64,000 nt of DNA, from contig NC_043014.1 of NCBI RefSeq assembly GCF_006345805.1, positions 3,534,001 to 3,598,000 on the forward strand, written 5' to 3'. Below, one piece after another: positions 14,876 through 27,170 of the stretch. The first letter of the stretch is position 1; each line of letters begins with the position of its first letter. Position numbers and translations under genes: made by a program. A model generated the notes under the pieces. It worked only from the letters and a program-made list of their open reading frames with translations, was not told the origin of the DNA and did not search any database. This DNA is from Octopus sinensis (lineage: Eukaryota).

Positions 14876-16558
14876 ATGTGTGTGAATTCAAAAGAGAGTT
14901 CAACAATTTCTTTTTTGTAAATGTCCACTTCTTTTTTGCGTTTGCCCATGGCCAAAATCTCTATATATAAAGATGAAGTTGTCTGTGTATGGTAGGTTTG
15001 GTAGCCTTCAACTAACACTGTCGCCTCCGAGACCCTGTGGCGCAAGTTGACCAAATTTGAGAGTATGATAGAAGAAGGCTTGCTCTTCCTTCCGTAGAAA
15101 AAAATTCAAATCGGACCATGTTAACACCAAAAATTATTTACATCAAAAAGGCACTTTTTTTCTATGAAAATCCCTATTTTTTACGATTTTTTGACTGCTG
15201 TGTCGCCATTTTTCGGTGTATTTCAACCAGAAAAATGTTCACTTGAAGAGAATAAGAAGCTACATAATGCAAAATTTTTACTTTTCAAAAATTCCAATTC
15301 TCGAAACAAACCCGAGCAACGCCGGGCGATACTGCTAGTGTATGTTATATCTTAAATATAAAAGCATTCTCATGTCTTCCTTCACCACCACCATCTCCCT
15401 CGCTAGTAATATGACTAATTAAGCAAAAAATTACACAAATCCTGACACAAAAGGCCATTTAAAAGCCAAAGAAATATTGAGAAAAACAGACAAATTATAT
15501 TTTAAATAAAACCTAATAACTTCAGATGTGATGATCATGGATGGAATATCAAAACATATCGAAAAATATCCTTTGCATCCATTTCCATAATTATGTATGC
15601 AAAAATTAAACTCTACCAGAAAGGATCAATTTTTAAACCCCATCAACAACTCAAAGGCTCCACAAATATATTAAATTAGGAAAACCTTTAGAAAAGGTCT
15701 GAAGGCCCACAGAAAGCATCCCAATGGTTCACTCATTCACAGTTCCTGATACGTTAGTTAAACAGGTATTATTGAGTAAATATCCACAAAATACTAATAA
15801 TGTTAGTATTACTATGGCTTTCTATCATAGAGGAACCAGCAAGTTCTTTTCCCTATAATCCACTCATAATTTTTTTATCTTCGCCCATGGTTTACATATA
15901 TACTGTGTTTGTTATTTCTTGGTGTATTGCACACCCCATATCTACCTCTGGCAATAAAGCTTTTGGAAGCAGAATTTAAGCAAAAAGATTATTTAAAAGT
16001 CATCCAACTGTTCTGTAGCTTACAAATACATTGAACGTGAACAGTTTTTAGAAAAAATAAATCTAAAGCCCTCAGTGGCCCTCTTGTCAGCTGTGATCCA
16101 CACATTACTAACCCCTTATTAATATGATTAATTAAAGGGATCATTAAAATGTAGCTTCGGTTTTATTTCTCTCTCTTATTATTATTTTTTTTTTTTGTCA
16201 TAAATGTCCCAAGGTCCTTGCCGGTCAACTTGTGGCCAGAAACCCGTCAGTTGCTGAATCTTACAGCAGGGCATCATTTGAAAGAGACTGCAGCTATTTC
16301 TAAGGATTTGATTAGCCACATGATGGTCCCTTCTTTGGCTGAAGCTACTCGGACATATTATATTGAATCCCTGAGGGGGTTTACAAGTGGGGGTAAAATC
16401 AATGTATCAGTCCTTTATCAGGACCACATCACCACAGCACTGTCACACCAACATGAAAACAATTATATCAACACAACCCTTGACCATTCAAAGAACTAAA
16501 ATATAATGGAATTGAAATAAGCTGTTGAGCAACATCCTTACCTATTCGTTGCCATCAT
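697..16558 (-). CDS. Multi-exon gene, 3'-incomplete: secreted or cell-surface protein with signal peptide + C-type-lectin-like domain + >=6 EGF repeats
   Basis: Ten exons with GT-AG boundaries and matching phases splice into one open frame: [158 protein letters not shown], then 6 EGF repeats. No stop codon is reached, so the gene continues past position 1. Confidence 0.9.
1706..1816 (-). CDS. Exon 9, EGF repeat 5 ([37 protein letters not shown]), 111 bp
   Basis: tttcgcag|ATTCAGC...AGTGTCT|gtgagt; six-cysteine EGF spacing. Confidence 0.92.
2009..2119 (-). CDS. Exon 8, EGF repeat 4 ([37 protein letters not shown]), 111 bp
   Basis: ttttacag|ATGATGT...CAAACAT|gtaagt. Not in the ORF track. Confidence 0.92.
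2160..3010 (-). mobile_element. Decayed 5'-truncated RTE-clade LINE (C-terminus + 3' UTR + (GAT)n tail)
   Basis: Homologous to 18250-19150 (WYGHV...GRPRKTW region, same 3' UTR). Confidence 0.75.
3385..4110. mobile_element. Three tandem ~220-bp piggyBac-type MITE units
   Basis: Units 3385-3604, 3636-3857 and 3890-4110 are bounded by TTAA-CCCTT...AAGGG-TTAA and separated by the same ~31-bp spacer. Confidence 0.75.
4595..4705 (-). CDS. Exon 7, EGF repeat 3 ([37 protein letters not shown]), 111 bp
   Basis: ttttctag|TTGATCT...GCCACAT|gtaagt. Not in the ORF track. Confidence 0.92.
5041..5660. mobile_element. Penelope-like remnant: 96-bp perfect inverted repeat plus a direct copy of the right arm
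   Basis: Arms 5041-5136 and 5195-5290; the right arm is repeated at ~5520-5640; hammerhead-like motif in between. Confidence 0.6.
5428..5472 (+). ncRNA. Minimal type I hammerhead-ribozyme motif
   Basis: TCTGTG-CTGATGA-a GGG aaataa CCC a-GAAA-t caca a-TA-CACAGA. 6-bp stem I, canonical core, 3-bp stem II with A.A at its base, 2-bp stem III, AUA cleavage triplet. Confidence 0.55.
6052..6162 (-). CDS. Exon 6, EGF repeat 2 ([37 protein letters not shown]), 111 bp
   Basis: tttcag|ATAACGC...GAAGAAA|gtaagt; six-cysteine EGF spacing. Confidence 0.93.
6813..7218 (+). mobile_element. tRNA-headed SINE family A (internal (TA)n(TG)n tract, (AAAGAGT)n tail)
   Basis: A-box/B-box-like head (GTGTGGTAAG...GGTTCAGTCCC). 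Further copies at ~13393-13560, 23231-23630(-), 26451-26845(-), 30920-31340(-), 36035-36582(-), 47998-49040 (split), 51708-52117, 53915-54330, 54533-54898, 55830-56090. Confidence 0.88.
7493..7603 (-). CDS. Exon 5, EGF repeat 1 ([37 protein letters not shown]), 111 bp, phase 1-1
   Basis: tttccag|CTAATCC...AACAGAA|gtaagt; six-cysteine EGF spacing. Confidence 0.93.
7725..8285. repeat. Long (TA)n microsatellite. Other large simple repeats: (GGT)n 1300-1385 and 9105-9445, (AAT)n 9990-10056, (TA)n 11530-11790, (CAT/CAC)n 16800-17190, (CATA)n 24135-24775, (CA)n 35030-35220, (GAT/GGT)n 37885-38255, (GTAT)n 44235-44590
   Basis: Directly visible simple repeats; they explain most low-complexity ORFs in the track. 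Confidence 0.97.
8500..8720 (-). mobile_element. tRNA-headed SINE family D (decayed); other copies ~23660-24110(+) and 39078-39400(+)
   Basis: Shared body GTGTCCTTGAGCAAGACACTT...CTCAGCCACTT...GGAACCCTC among copies. Confidence 0.75.
8827..9036 (-). CDS. Exon 4, C-terminal half of C-type-lectin-like domain, 210 bp, phase 1-1
   Basis: Long polypyrimidine tract ttttcag|GCGCTGG...TGTAAAA|gtaagt. LWVG (WIGL-like) and PVIC (FICE-like) motifs. Confidence 0.88.
10085..10440 (-). mobile_element. CR1-group LINE 3' fragment
   Basis: [38 protein letters not shown]...SFK matches the CR1 C-terminal RGH..K...FF..RV...WN.LP pattern. Confidence 0.85.
10537..10713 (-). CDS. Exon 3, N-terminal half of C-type-lectin-like domain, 177 bp, phase 1-1
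   Basis: tttgcag|AGCAATGT...ATGGGAA|gtaagt. Encodes CP...CYYV...A...C...L..I....EQDYV, the CTLD pattern. Confidence 0.88.
10735..10965 (-). mobile_element. Penelope-like terminal remnant with degenerate hammerhead (10844-10878); same family as 51140-51330 and 62580-62790
   Basis: High similarity among the three copies; here the core reads CCGACAA...AAAACGTT. Confidence 0.55.
11215..11525 (-). mobile_element. tRNA-headed SINE family E
   Basis: Head GGCTCAGTGGTAAGGGCAG...TTCGATTCC, same head as 30474-30660; (CACGGTGAT) tail. Confidence 0.8.
11920..12100 (-). mobile_element. Penelope-like terminal remnant with degenerate hammerhead (12009-12044)
   Basis: Minus strand CTGTCGA-A-GAGC gtgg GCTC-GAAAC-ATA; same stem II as the 51244 and 62671 motifs. 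Confidence 0.45.
12385..12550. repeat. 166-bp imperfect palindrome centred on GAATTC, with one hammerhead motif per arm
   Basis: Left arm 12385-12466 and right arm 12467-12550, no spacer, a few mismatches. Confidence 0.9.
12479..12516 (+). ncRNA. Minimal type I hammerhead-ribozyme motif (U4C variant); mirror copy at 12419-12454(-)
   Basis: CTGT-CCGACGA-ACG ggaa CGT-GAAA-C ttaga G-TA-ACAG. All three stems pair; GUA triplet. Confidence 0.65.
12794..12864 (-). CDS. Exon 2, signal peptide ([23 protein letters not shown]), 71 bp, phase 2-1
   Basis: tttccag|GTTCCAG...GTTACCA|gtaagt. Hydrophobic core ending in T-S-A, a typical signal-peptidase site. Not in the ORF track. Confidence 0.85.
13040..13335 (+). 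mobile_element. CR1-group LINE 3' end with (AACT)n tail
   Basis: [38 protein letters not shown]...FKVSLD. Confidence 0.85.
14164..14385 (+). mobile_element. SINE family B (~220 bp) with TSD GAATATTATCCTGT
   Basis: Head GAGCTGGCAGAA...GAGTTCAAATTCC. Other copies ~905-985, 7255-7450, 17880-18080, 25775-25870, 32300-32535, 36715-37110, 37420-37625, 39440-39858, 45963-46209, 49650-50062, 55577-55800, 57620-58420. Confidence 0.88.
14958..15338 (+). mobile_element. Non-autonomous Helitron, subfamily 1 (second copy 46834-47215)
   Basis: A|TC start, CCCG-agcaacgc-CGGG hairpin, CTAG|T end, no TSD. Confidence 0.85.
16542..16558 (-). CDS. Exon 1 coding part (MMATN-R, phase 2)
   Basis: Minus strand reads GCAAAC ATG ATG GCA ACG AAT AG|gtaagg. 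A-rich start context, TATA box ~55 nt upstream, and phase 2 matches exon 2. Confidence 0.7.
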
Positions 16559-16574
16559 GTTTGCTTCCTGAAAC

Positions 16575-16616
16575 AAGGACTGGCTATCGGTGGATCCCTT
16601 GATGGCTCTTTTATAG
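16575..16616 (-). promoter_or_regulatory. TATA box (CTATAAAAG) and probable transcription start region
   Basis: TATAAAA at 16615-16609 (minus), an initiator-like CCAGTC 30-35 nt downstream, then the ATG of exon 1. Confidence 0.55.
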
Positions 16617-17398
16617 ATAACCAGCCTCAAAAAGAACAACAATCGAAGCGTTGGAATCTTTCAAAACATGTCATTTAGAACAACAACAAGGTGACCACCA
16701 CAACAATAGTGTCGATGTTGTTTACATTCCAACAAAAACACTCTACAATTATTTAGAAAATATTTTGAACTTTACTTTGGAATATTAACATACAGCTAAT
16801 TATCATCATCCTCCTCCTCCTCATCATCATCATCATCATCGCTGTGGCCATTGTCATCATCATCATTATCATCATCACCGTCATCACCATCATCATTGTC
16901 ATTGTCATCATCACCACCAGCTATCATCAACAGCAGTAGCAGCAGCAGCAGCAGCAGCAGCATTGTCATCAATATTACCACCCACATTATCACCACTACC
17001 ATTGCCATGATCATCCCCCATCACCACCACCACCACCACCACCACCACCACCACCACTACACCTACAATCCTCATCACCACCACCTCCACTACAATCACT
17101 ATCATCACCGCCATCACAACCATCGTCATTACCTCCACCTATCACCACCACCACCACCACCACCACCACCACCACCACTATCATCATTAACGTCATCCCC
17201 ATTGTTGTTCCCATTGTTGTTGCCGTTAACCATTCCCTCTTTCTGTAAGAATTAATGGAACTGACCAAGAATCTTTTGTTTCTTTCTCTTCGATCTTTCA
17301 GGAATCTCATTGAAGTCAAAATATTCAAAGTTATTTACTGCTGCCCTCTTATCGTTATAGACACCCCTGTTGTAATCATCCTCATCACCCTACGACAG

Positions 17399-17850
17399 TC
17401 ACTGTACTCTTCTATAGTCACTGCTACCCTTCTATGGCCACTGCCACCCTTCTATAGTCACTGCTACCCTTCTATGGCCACTGCTACCCTTCTATAGTCA
17501 CTGCTACCCTTCTATGGCCACTGCTACCCTTCTATGGCCACTGCCACCCTTCTATAGTCATTGCTACCCTTCTATGGCCACTGCTACTCTTCTATAGTCA
17601 CTGCTACCCTTCTATGGCCACTGCCACCCTTCTATAGTCACTGCTACCCTTCTATGGCCACTGCCACCCTTCTATAGTCACTGCTACCCTTCTATGGCCA
17701 CTGCTACCCTTCTATAGTCACTGCTACCCTTCTATGGCCACTGCCACCCTTCTATAGTCACTGCTACCCTTCTATGGCCACTGCCACCCTTCTATAGTCA
17801 CTGCTACCCTTCTATAGCCAGTGCCTCCTTTCTATACTAAGTCCTCTTTT
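17399..17850. repeat. 20-bp minisatellite (CTGCTACCCTTCTATAGTCA / CTGCYACCCTTCTATGGCCA) with mostly alternating variants
   Basis: About 22 units, directly visible. Confidence 0.95.
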
Positions 17851-18088
17851 TCTATAGCTAGCGTAGAAAAGAATAATTCTTTCTAATTTTGGCACAGTGC
17901 CAGCAAATTTGAGGGGAGGGGAAGTTGATTACATCAATTCCAGAGTTCAACTGGTACTTATTTTATCAAGCCCGAAAGGGAGGAAGACTAAACCAGCCTC
18001 AGTGGAATATGAACTCAGAATGTAATGATGGATAAAACGCTGCTAAGCATTTTGTCCAGCATGTTAACAATTGGCTCAGCTCACCTAT

Positions 18089-18142
<54 letters not shown>

Positions 18143-18249
18143 TTATTCTTTTATTGGCCACAAGGGCTAATATAAACAAACATTAAGGACATGCAACAAC
18201 ATAAAAGACAACACAAGACGATACAAAGTGTTTTCCTCATATAAACATC

Positions 18250-19150
18250 ATCATCATCATCATCATCATTGTTTAGCGTCTGCTTTCCATGCTAGCATGG
18301 GTTGGACGGTGCAACTGGGGTCTGGGAAGCCAGAAGGCTGCACCAGGCCCAGTTTGATCTGGCAATGTTTCTATGGCTGGATGCCCTTCCTAACGCTAAC
18401 CACTCCATGAGTGTAATGGGTGCTTTTTACGTGCCACCGGCACAAGTGCCAGACAAGGCTGGCAAACGGCCACGATCGGATGGTGCTTTTTACATGCCAC
18501 CGGCACGAAAGCCAGTCGGGGTGGCGCTGGCAACGGCCACATTCGGATGGTTCTCTTATGTGCCACTGGCACTGGTATCACAGCTACAATTTCCATTCAT
18601 GTTGATCGATTTTGATTTTTGATTTTGATTTTGATTTTCACTTGCCTCAACAGGTCTTCACAAGTAGAGTTTTGTGCCCCAAAAAGGAAAGGTATGCATA
18701 AGTGGACTGAGGCCATGGGTTATGGTCCCACTTGTCCTGCCGGGTCTTCTCACGCACAACATACTTCCAGAGGTCTTGGTCTCTAGTCATTTCCTCAGTG
18801 AGACCTAAAGTTCGAAGGTCGTGCTTCACCACCTTGTCCCAGGTTTTCCTGGGTCTGCCTCTTCCACAGGTTCCCTCAACCGCTAGGGTGTGGCACTTTT
18901 TCACACAACTATCTTCATCCATTCTCGCCACATGACCATACCAGCGCAAACGTCTCTCTTACACACTGCAACTGATGCTTCTTAGGTCCAACTTCTCTCT
19001 CAAGGTACTTACACTCTGTCGAGTATGAACACTGACATTACACATCCATCAGAGCATACTGGCTTCATTTCTTGTGAGCTTACGCATATCCTCAGCAGTC
19101 ACGGCCCATGTTTCACTGCCATGTAGCATGGCTGTTCGTACACATGCATC
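18250..19150 (-). mobile_element. 5'-truncated RTE-clade LINE with complete 3' UTR
   Basis: LYDACVRTAMLHGSETWAVT...RLRWYGHVARMDED...GRGRPRKTW, with in-frame stops. Runs into a 3' UTR with ~50-bp internal repeats and a (GAT)n tail. UTR-only copies at ~19381-19755, 20417-20791, 22235-22650, 27250-27560, 28530-29880, 31815-32270, 50907-51060, 52810-53520, 57050-57545, 62165-62535. Confidence 0.9.
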
Positions 19151-19315
19151 ATAAACAGTGTAAAACTCCCAATAGGGGAGGCGCTTAAAAGGTCCTCATG
19201 GAAAAACCCACAAAAGCCATGGGTGCCTGCTCAACAAGGTAAGAGCCCTTCTCCTTTTATCTTTCACAGGTGTATGCTCAGAATTGGTTCTTTTACACTG
19301 ACCATTCTTCCAACA

Positions 19316-21456
<2,141 letters not shown>

Positions 21457-21457
21457 A

Positions 21458-21975
21458 CCGTAAATCCTCGAGTATAGTCCGCCCTTGAGTATAATACACA
21501 GGGGATTTTTAGGGGGCTGTACTTCTGAAAAACCTAAACCTTGTGTATAATACGCACCCTTTCTCTAACTTGAGTTGTGCGTAATTAAGCCAGCAGCACT
21601 TAGTTGAACAAACACTTCCGCACATGCGTAATACAACAATGGTGATGTTCTTAACTGTTATATGGGAATGTAAATGTTTGCAAATTGTTTTTGTTACATG
21701 TTATTCTGTGTTCTGAATATTCTTATTTTAATTAATGTTGTTTACTGCAAGTTATGGATGATTCTTTCATGACTTCATTGCTTTCAGGCTTAGCTTAAGG
21801 TATTTTTGTGCCCGACATCACAAAATGCATCTGAATAAACATTGCTGGACAGCAAATAGAGACTCGGACGTTGCTCAGAAATTAATTTTCATTTTTAACC
21901 TCATATATAGTACGCACTAGGGATTTTGACCTTGAAATTTTGGGAAAAAAATGCGCATTATACTCGAGGATTAAC
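21458..21975. mobile_element. pogo/Tigger-type MITE
   Basis: TA|CCGTAAATCCTCGAGTATA at left and TATACTCGAGGATTAAC at right. Confidence 0.7.
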
Positions 21976-21989
21976 ATTAATATTTATAA

Positions 21990-23050
21990 GCTTATTGTAT
22001 AGTGCTCAGTTGCACTACAACTCATCAGAAAAGAGGGTGGAAAGGGCGACAGATAGAAGCCGTAAGCCAAGTGAAGAAAGACAACAAAGAATAAAACGTG
22101 TATAAAACACAAAAAGACATAAAAAGAGTCATGATGATGCAAAAATGTATTAAGCATGTCAGGTGTTGGGGAATTCCAGCAAGCATGGAACTTTTGAAGG
22201 ATGCTGTGTATTGACAGCTAGCAATTTGATGTCATCATCATTGTTTAACGTCTATTTTCCATGTTGGCATGGGTTGGACAATTTGACTGAGGACTGGTAA
22301 GCCAGGAGGCTGCACCAGGCTCCAATCTGATCTGGCAAGGTTTCTACAGCTGGATGTCCTTCCTAATGCCAACCACTCTGAGAGTATAGTGGGTGCTTTT
22401 TACGTGCCACCGGCGTGGGAGCCAGTCAGGGGTCACTGGTATCAACCCATGTTGAATAATGCTTATTATGTGCCACCAGCAAAGGTGCTAGGCAGGTGGC
22501 ACTGGCATCAACCCACACTTGAATAATACTTATTACGGGCCACCAGCATAGGTGCCAGTTAGGCATCAACCCATGCTTGAATAGTGCTTATTATGTGCCA
22601 CCAGCATGAGTGCTAGGCAGGCGACACTGGTATCAGCCACAACTACGATTTCAGAGTGTGAAAATATGTTTCTGAAAGTTGAGGGTGCTGTGTTGGTTTT
22701 CAATTTTATAAACATGTCCCTGAGTGGTAGCAGTATTGAACTTAAAAAGATTACTAAAGTTGAAAATGAAAAGATGGTGGGCAACCATGTTACTGGACGA
22801 GTTTAAAAGTTTAAAAGCCCTCTAATTTTATTAAGAATGGCACTTTGCATCGTTTCCAGTCCTCAAAGACTTTCCTTCAAACTAGAGAAGGCCTGCCTTC
22901 TCAGACTTCTATGAAAGACAATGTACCCTGAGGGCAGGATAACCTCTGGCCAGAACCCTGGTCCGAAGTGTAGGTTTATTTCAGAAACAACTGTAAGCCA
23001 CTGAAGTTGGTTATGTAATCCTGTCTCCCTTAACATTTTATTTCATCTCA
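21990..23050 (-). mobile_element. Decayed CR1-group LINE 3' end interrupted by an RTE 3' UTR copy
   Basis: TQGHVYKIENQHSTLNFQKHIFTL at ~22650-22730 is homologous to 10199-10387 and continues left of 22235. Confidence 0.65.
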
Positions 23051-23148
23051 TGTTACACTTTGTACTCATCTAACCCTTTATTCTCATGAATATGTGTTTC
23101 AGGGTCTAACACCTGGTTATTAGAATTACTATCCCAAAACAAAATCAC

Positions 23149-23230
<82 letters not shown>

Positions 23231-23784
23231 CTCTTTACTCTTTTACTTGTTTCAGTCATTTGACTGCAGCCATGCTGGAGCATCGCCTTTAATCGAGCAA
23301 CTAGACCTTGGGACTTACTCTTTTGTAAGCCCAGTACTTATTCTATCGATCTCTTTTGCCGAACCACCAAGTAACGGGGACATAAACACACCAGCATCGA
23401 TTGTCAAGCAATGCTAGGGGGACAAACACAGACACACAAACACACACACGCATATATATATATATACGTATATACGATGGGCTTCTTTTCAGTTTCCGTC
23501 TACCAAATCCACTCACAAGGCTTTGGTCGGCCCGAGGCTATAGTAGAAGACACTTACCCAAGGTGCCACGCAGTGGGACTGAACCTGGAACCATGAGGTT
23601 GGTAAACAAGCTACTTACCACACAGCCACACATATACACATGTGTGTGTGTGAAGGTTTGCAGCTTAGTACTTAGGGTATTCGGCTCACAATCGTAAGGT
23701 CAAGAGTTCAAATCCCAGCAGCACATTGTGTCCTTGAGCAAGACACTTTATTCCACATTGCTCCTGTCCACTCAGCCAGCAAAT

Positions 23785-24064
23785 ATCAGCGGTACCTGTG
23801 ATCCAAAAGAGGCCAGCTTTGTCCCATTCTGTGTCACGCTGAATCTCCTTGAGAACTACATTAAGGGCACAGGTGTCTGTGGTGTACTCAGCCACTTACT
23901 CATTAATTTCATGGGCAGGGGCAACAGCCCCTGCCCATGAAATTAATGAGTAAGTGGCTGAGTACACCACAGACACCTGTGCCCTTAATGTAGTTCTCAA
24001 GGAGATTCAGCGTGACACAGAATGGGACAAAGCTGGCCTCTTTTGGATCACAGGTACCGCTGAT
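23785..24064. repeat. Perfect 138-bp inverted repeat with 4-nt loop inside a family D SINE
   Basis: 23785-23922 is the exact reverse complement of 23927-24064; loop AACA. Confidence 0.95.
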
Positions 24065-25995
24065 CACAGGTACCGCTGTTGATTGGATCTACTGGAACCC
24101 TTGTTGTCATAATTAATAGAATGCCAGTCAGTTATGCATACAGACAGACATGCATACATATATACGTACAAACATATATACATATATACACAAATGCATA
24201 CATACATATATACGTGCATACATACATACATGCATACATACATATATACATAAAAACATATATACATATATACACACATGTATACATATATACACACATG
24301 CATACATATATACATACATACATACAATGCATACATACATATATACATACATACATATATAGATGCATACAAACATATACATACATATATACATACCTAC
24401 ATACATACAAACATATATACATACAATTCATACATACATATATACATACACACAATGCATACATACATATATACATACATACATGCATACATACATGCAT
24501 ACATACATATATACATACATATACATAAATACACTGTATAGATACATATATACATACATACAATGCATACATATATACATATACACACAATGCATACATA
24601 CATACATGCATACATACATACATGCATACATACACATACATACATACATACATATATACACATACATACATAAGTATGTGTATGTATGTGTATGTATGTA
24701 TGTATGTATGTATACATTGTGTGTATGTATATATTATATACATACATGCATTATATACCTATATATATATGTATGAGAAGCTACCAATAGTCTCAGTCTA
24801 ATAAATTCTCTTTGGTTGGTTGATCTGGGGCTATAGTAAAAGAGATACTTGACCAAGGTGCAGTGAAGTGGAACATATAATGAAACCACATCGTTAAAAT
24901 GTGATCTTCTTAATCACCCAGCTGTGCCAGCACCTAATAATTGGTTTTTGATTTTAAGCCCTATTTGTTTTTATTAATATTTAATCATCACATAACGGTC
25001 ATCTCATCTACTTCCACTAACGAGCTGTTGGGGGCCAACAGATAAAATTCTAATGGTATTTTAGGGCATCGGTTCCAATGACCTTTTTCTGCCAAACACA
25101 ACAGCAATATGGAACAAACTATGACAATAACAATTTTAGAAATATTTTATTCAATATTTATATTTCCAGTTTGAAGAAATGTCAAAAAATTAGAATAACA
25201 AAAGAGAAGATGACATGTTTTATAGGAACACAGATTTCAAAATAAATGTCAAAATTTCAAAAATGTCTGAAAACTGTTTTTTTTTCTTTTGTTATTTTTT
25301 TCAAATTCCTCTAAAATCGTTTTAACACAATCACAACTGTATCCCCAACTGCTACCATAGCCACCACACCACTGCCTAAACCAAAGGGACAATTGGAAAC
25401 ACTGCTCTTAAAAGAAACAAATTAAACAATTGAGTCAGTATTTAATTAAACAGCTGTCTCTGTGTCATACTTAACGTATATACACAGTTGATAGGCCATT
25501 TACTGCAGTGTATGTCCCGAGATAACATCTCTTAATGACTTGCATTAAAAGCACAAAGGGAACCAAAAATTCACCCCATCAGTGCCAGATGTATTTCAGG
25601 CATTTTGGATTGTTCCAATGGTGCATACTTGCAGCTAACCACACACTTAGATGAGAAATCATTATCCCAATCAGTGGTTCTCAACCATTTTTTACCTATG
25701 GATCCCTTTAATTCCAATTTTACTCAGATGGACCCTCATAACCATTTGATGTCGATTAAATAAGTACCAGTTACACACTGGGGGGGGCAATGTAATCAAC
25801 TTAATCCGTTTGTCTGTCCTTGTTTGTCTCTTCTGTGTTTAGCCCCTTGTGGGTAGTAAAGAAATAGGTACCAACTAACCACCCCTCCGACCCTCAAAAC
25901 TGCTGGCCTTGTGCCTAAATCAGAAACAATGATTTTTGGAAGTCAAAACTTCCAAACAACATATTTGATGAAGATTTTATTTTCATAAATACTAA

Positions 25996-26298
25996 TCTGT
26001 ATATATAAAACTAAAGTTGTGTGAGTGTCTGTCTACTCCGATTTAGATTCCTAATTACTCCCACATTTTGCGGTGCAGTTTAACCAAAAGTGGGTATCTT
26101 ATAGTCGTGATTCATATCAAGCCCTTCTGGGTATTAGTGCGCGTCTATGATGAGTCTACAATTTAAAAAAAAATTTACCATCATTTTTCTGCATTTTTAA
26201 TGATTTTTGCTCGGGTTATATAAGGGAAGTAACTCTCTAAAAATACTCATATAGTTATTTCCCTTACAAACCCGAGCAACGCCGGGCGATAGTGCTAG
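25996..26298 (+). mobile_element. Non-autonomous Helitron, subfamily 2 (other copies 41414-41810(-) and 61215-61611(+))
   Basis: A|TC start, same 3' hairpin and CTAG|T as subfamily 1, unrelated interior. Confidence 0.85.
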
Positions 26299-26879
26299 TT
26301 ACCAATAAAGGGTTTGCTCCAAACGAAGCTAGACAATGCCATACATGCCAGATTCTTCAACAGCACCGGGTGGGCGTGGGGGCTACTACAAAGGGGATAG
26401 AATATCGATTGGCTATGATGCAAAGGGCCAGGGTAAGATCCATAATAGGAATACTCTTACTCTTTACTCTTTTACTTGTTTCAGTCATTTGACTGCAGCC
26501 ATGCTGGAGCACCGCCTTTAATCAAGCAACTCAAACCCAGGACTTATTCTTTTGTAAGCCCAGTACTTATTATATCGGTCTCTTTTGCCGAACCGCTAAG
26601 TAACGGGGACATAAACACACCAGCATCGGTTGTGAAGCAATCCTAGGGGGACAAACACTGACACACAAACACACACACGCATATATATATACATATCTAC
26701 GATGGGCTTCTTTCAGTTTCGGTCTACTAAATCCTCTCACAAGGCTTTGGTCGGCCCGAGGCTATAGTAGAAGACACTTGCCCAAGGTGCCACGCAGTGG
26801 GAGTGAACCCGGAACCATATGGTTGGTAAACAAGTTACTTACCACTTAGTCATTCACTAAGGGATCATATTCAGAATGA

Positions 26880-27170
26880 GATCATTTGAGAATGAAGTGG
26901 AGTCAACGATGAGATTGTAGAATACTGAAAGCTCAAGTTCCACTGGGCCAGGCTTGTCACAAGGTTCACAGACCCATGCAGCTATGAGTGATATTCAAGA
27001 GATCAGAAAAGGCCACTTGGAAGGCCCCTAGGATGATGGGAAGACAATTTGGTCAAGCGATTTGGGTCGAGATGGGAAAGAATGGCACAATTAAGAAAGA
27101 ATTGGAAATGTATTGTGATCAGTGGTGTAAAACAACATCTGATGGTCTGGTCGATACTGTAATACTGTGA
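26880..27170 (+). mobile_element. Second RTE-type LINE C-terminal fragment
   Basis: KLKFHWARLVTR...RDQKRPLGRP..*WED...RWERMAQLRKNWK, with stops. Confidence 0.7.

Noticed and set aside
16218-16499. 93-aa plus-strand ORF in intron 1
   Set aside because: TTG start, no recognisable motif, antisense to the gene.
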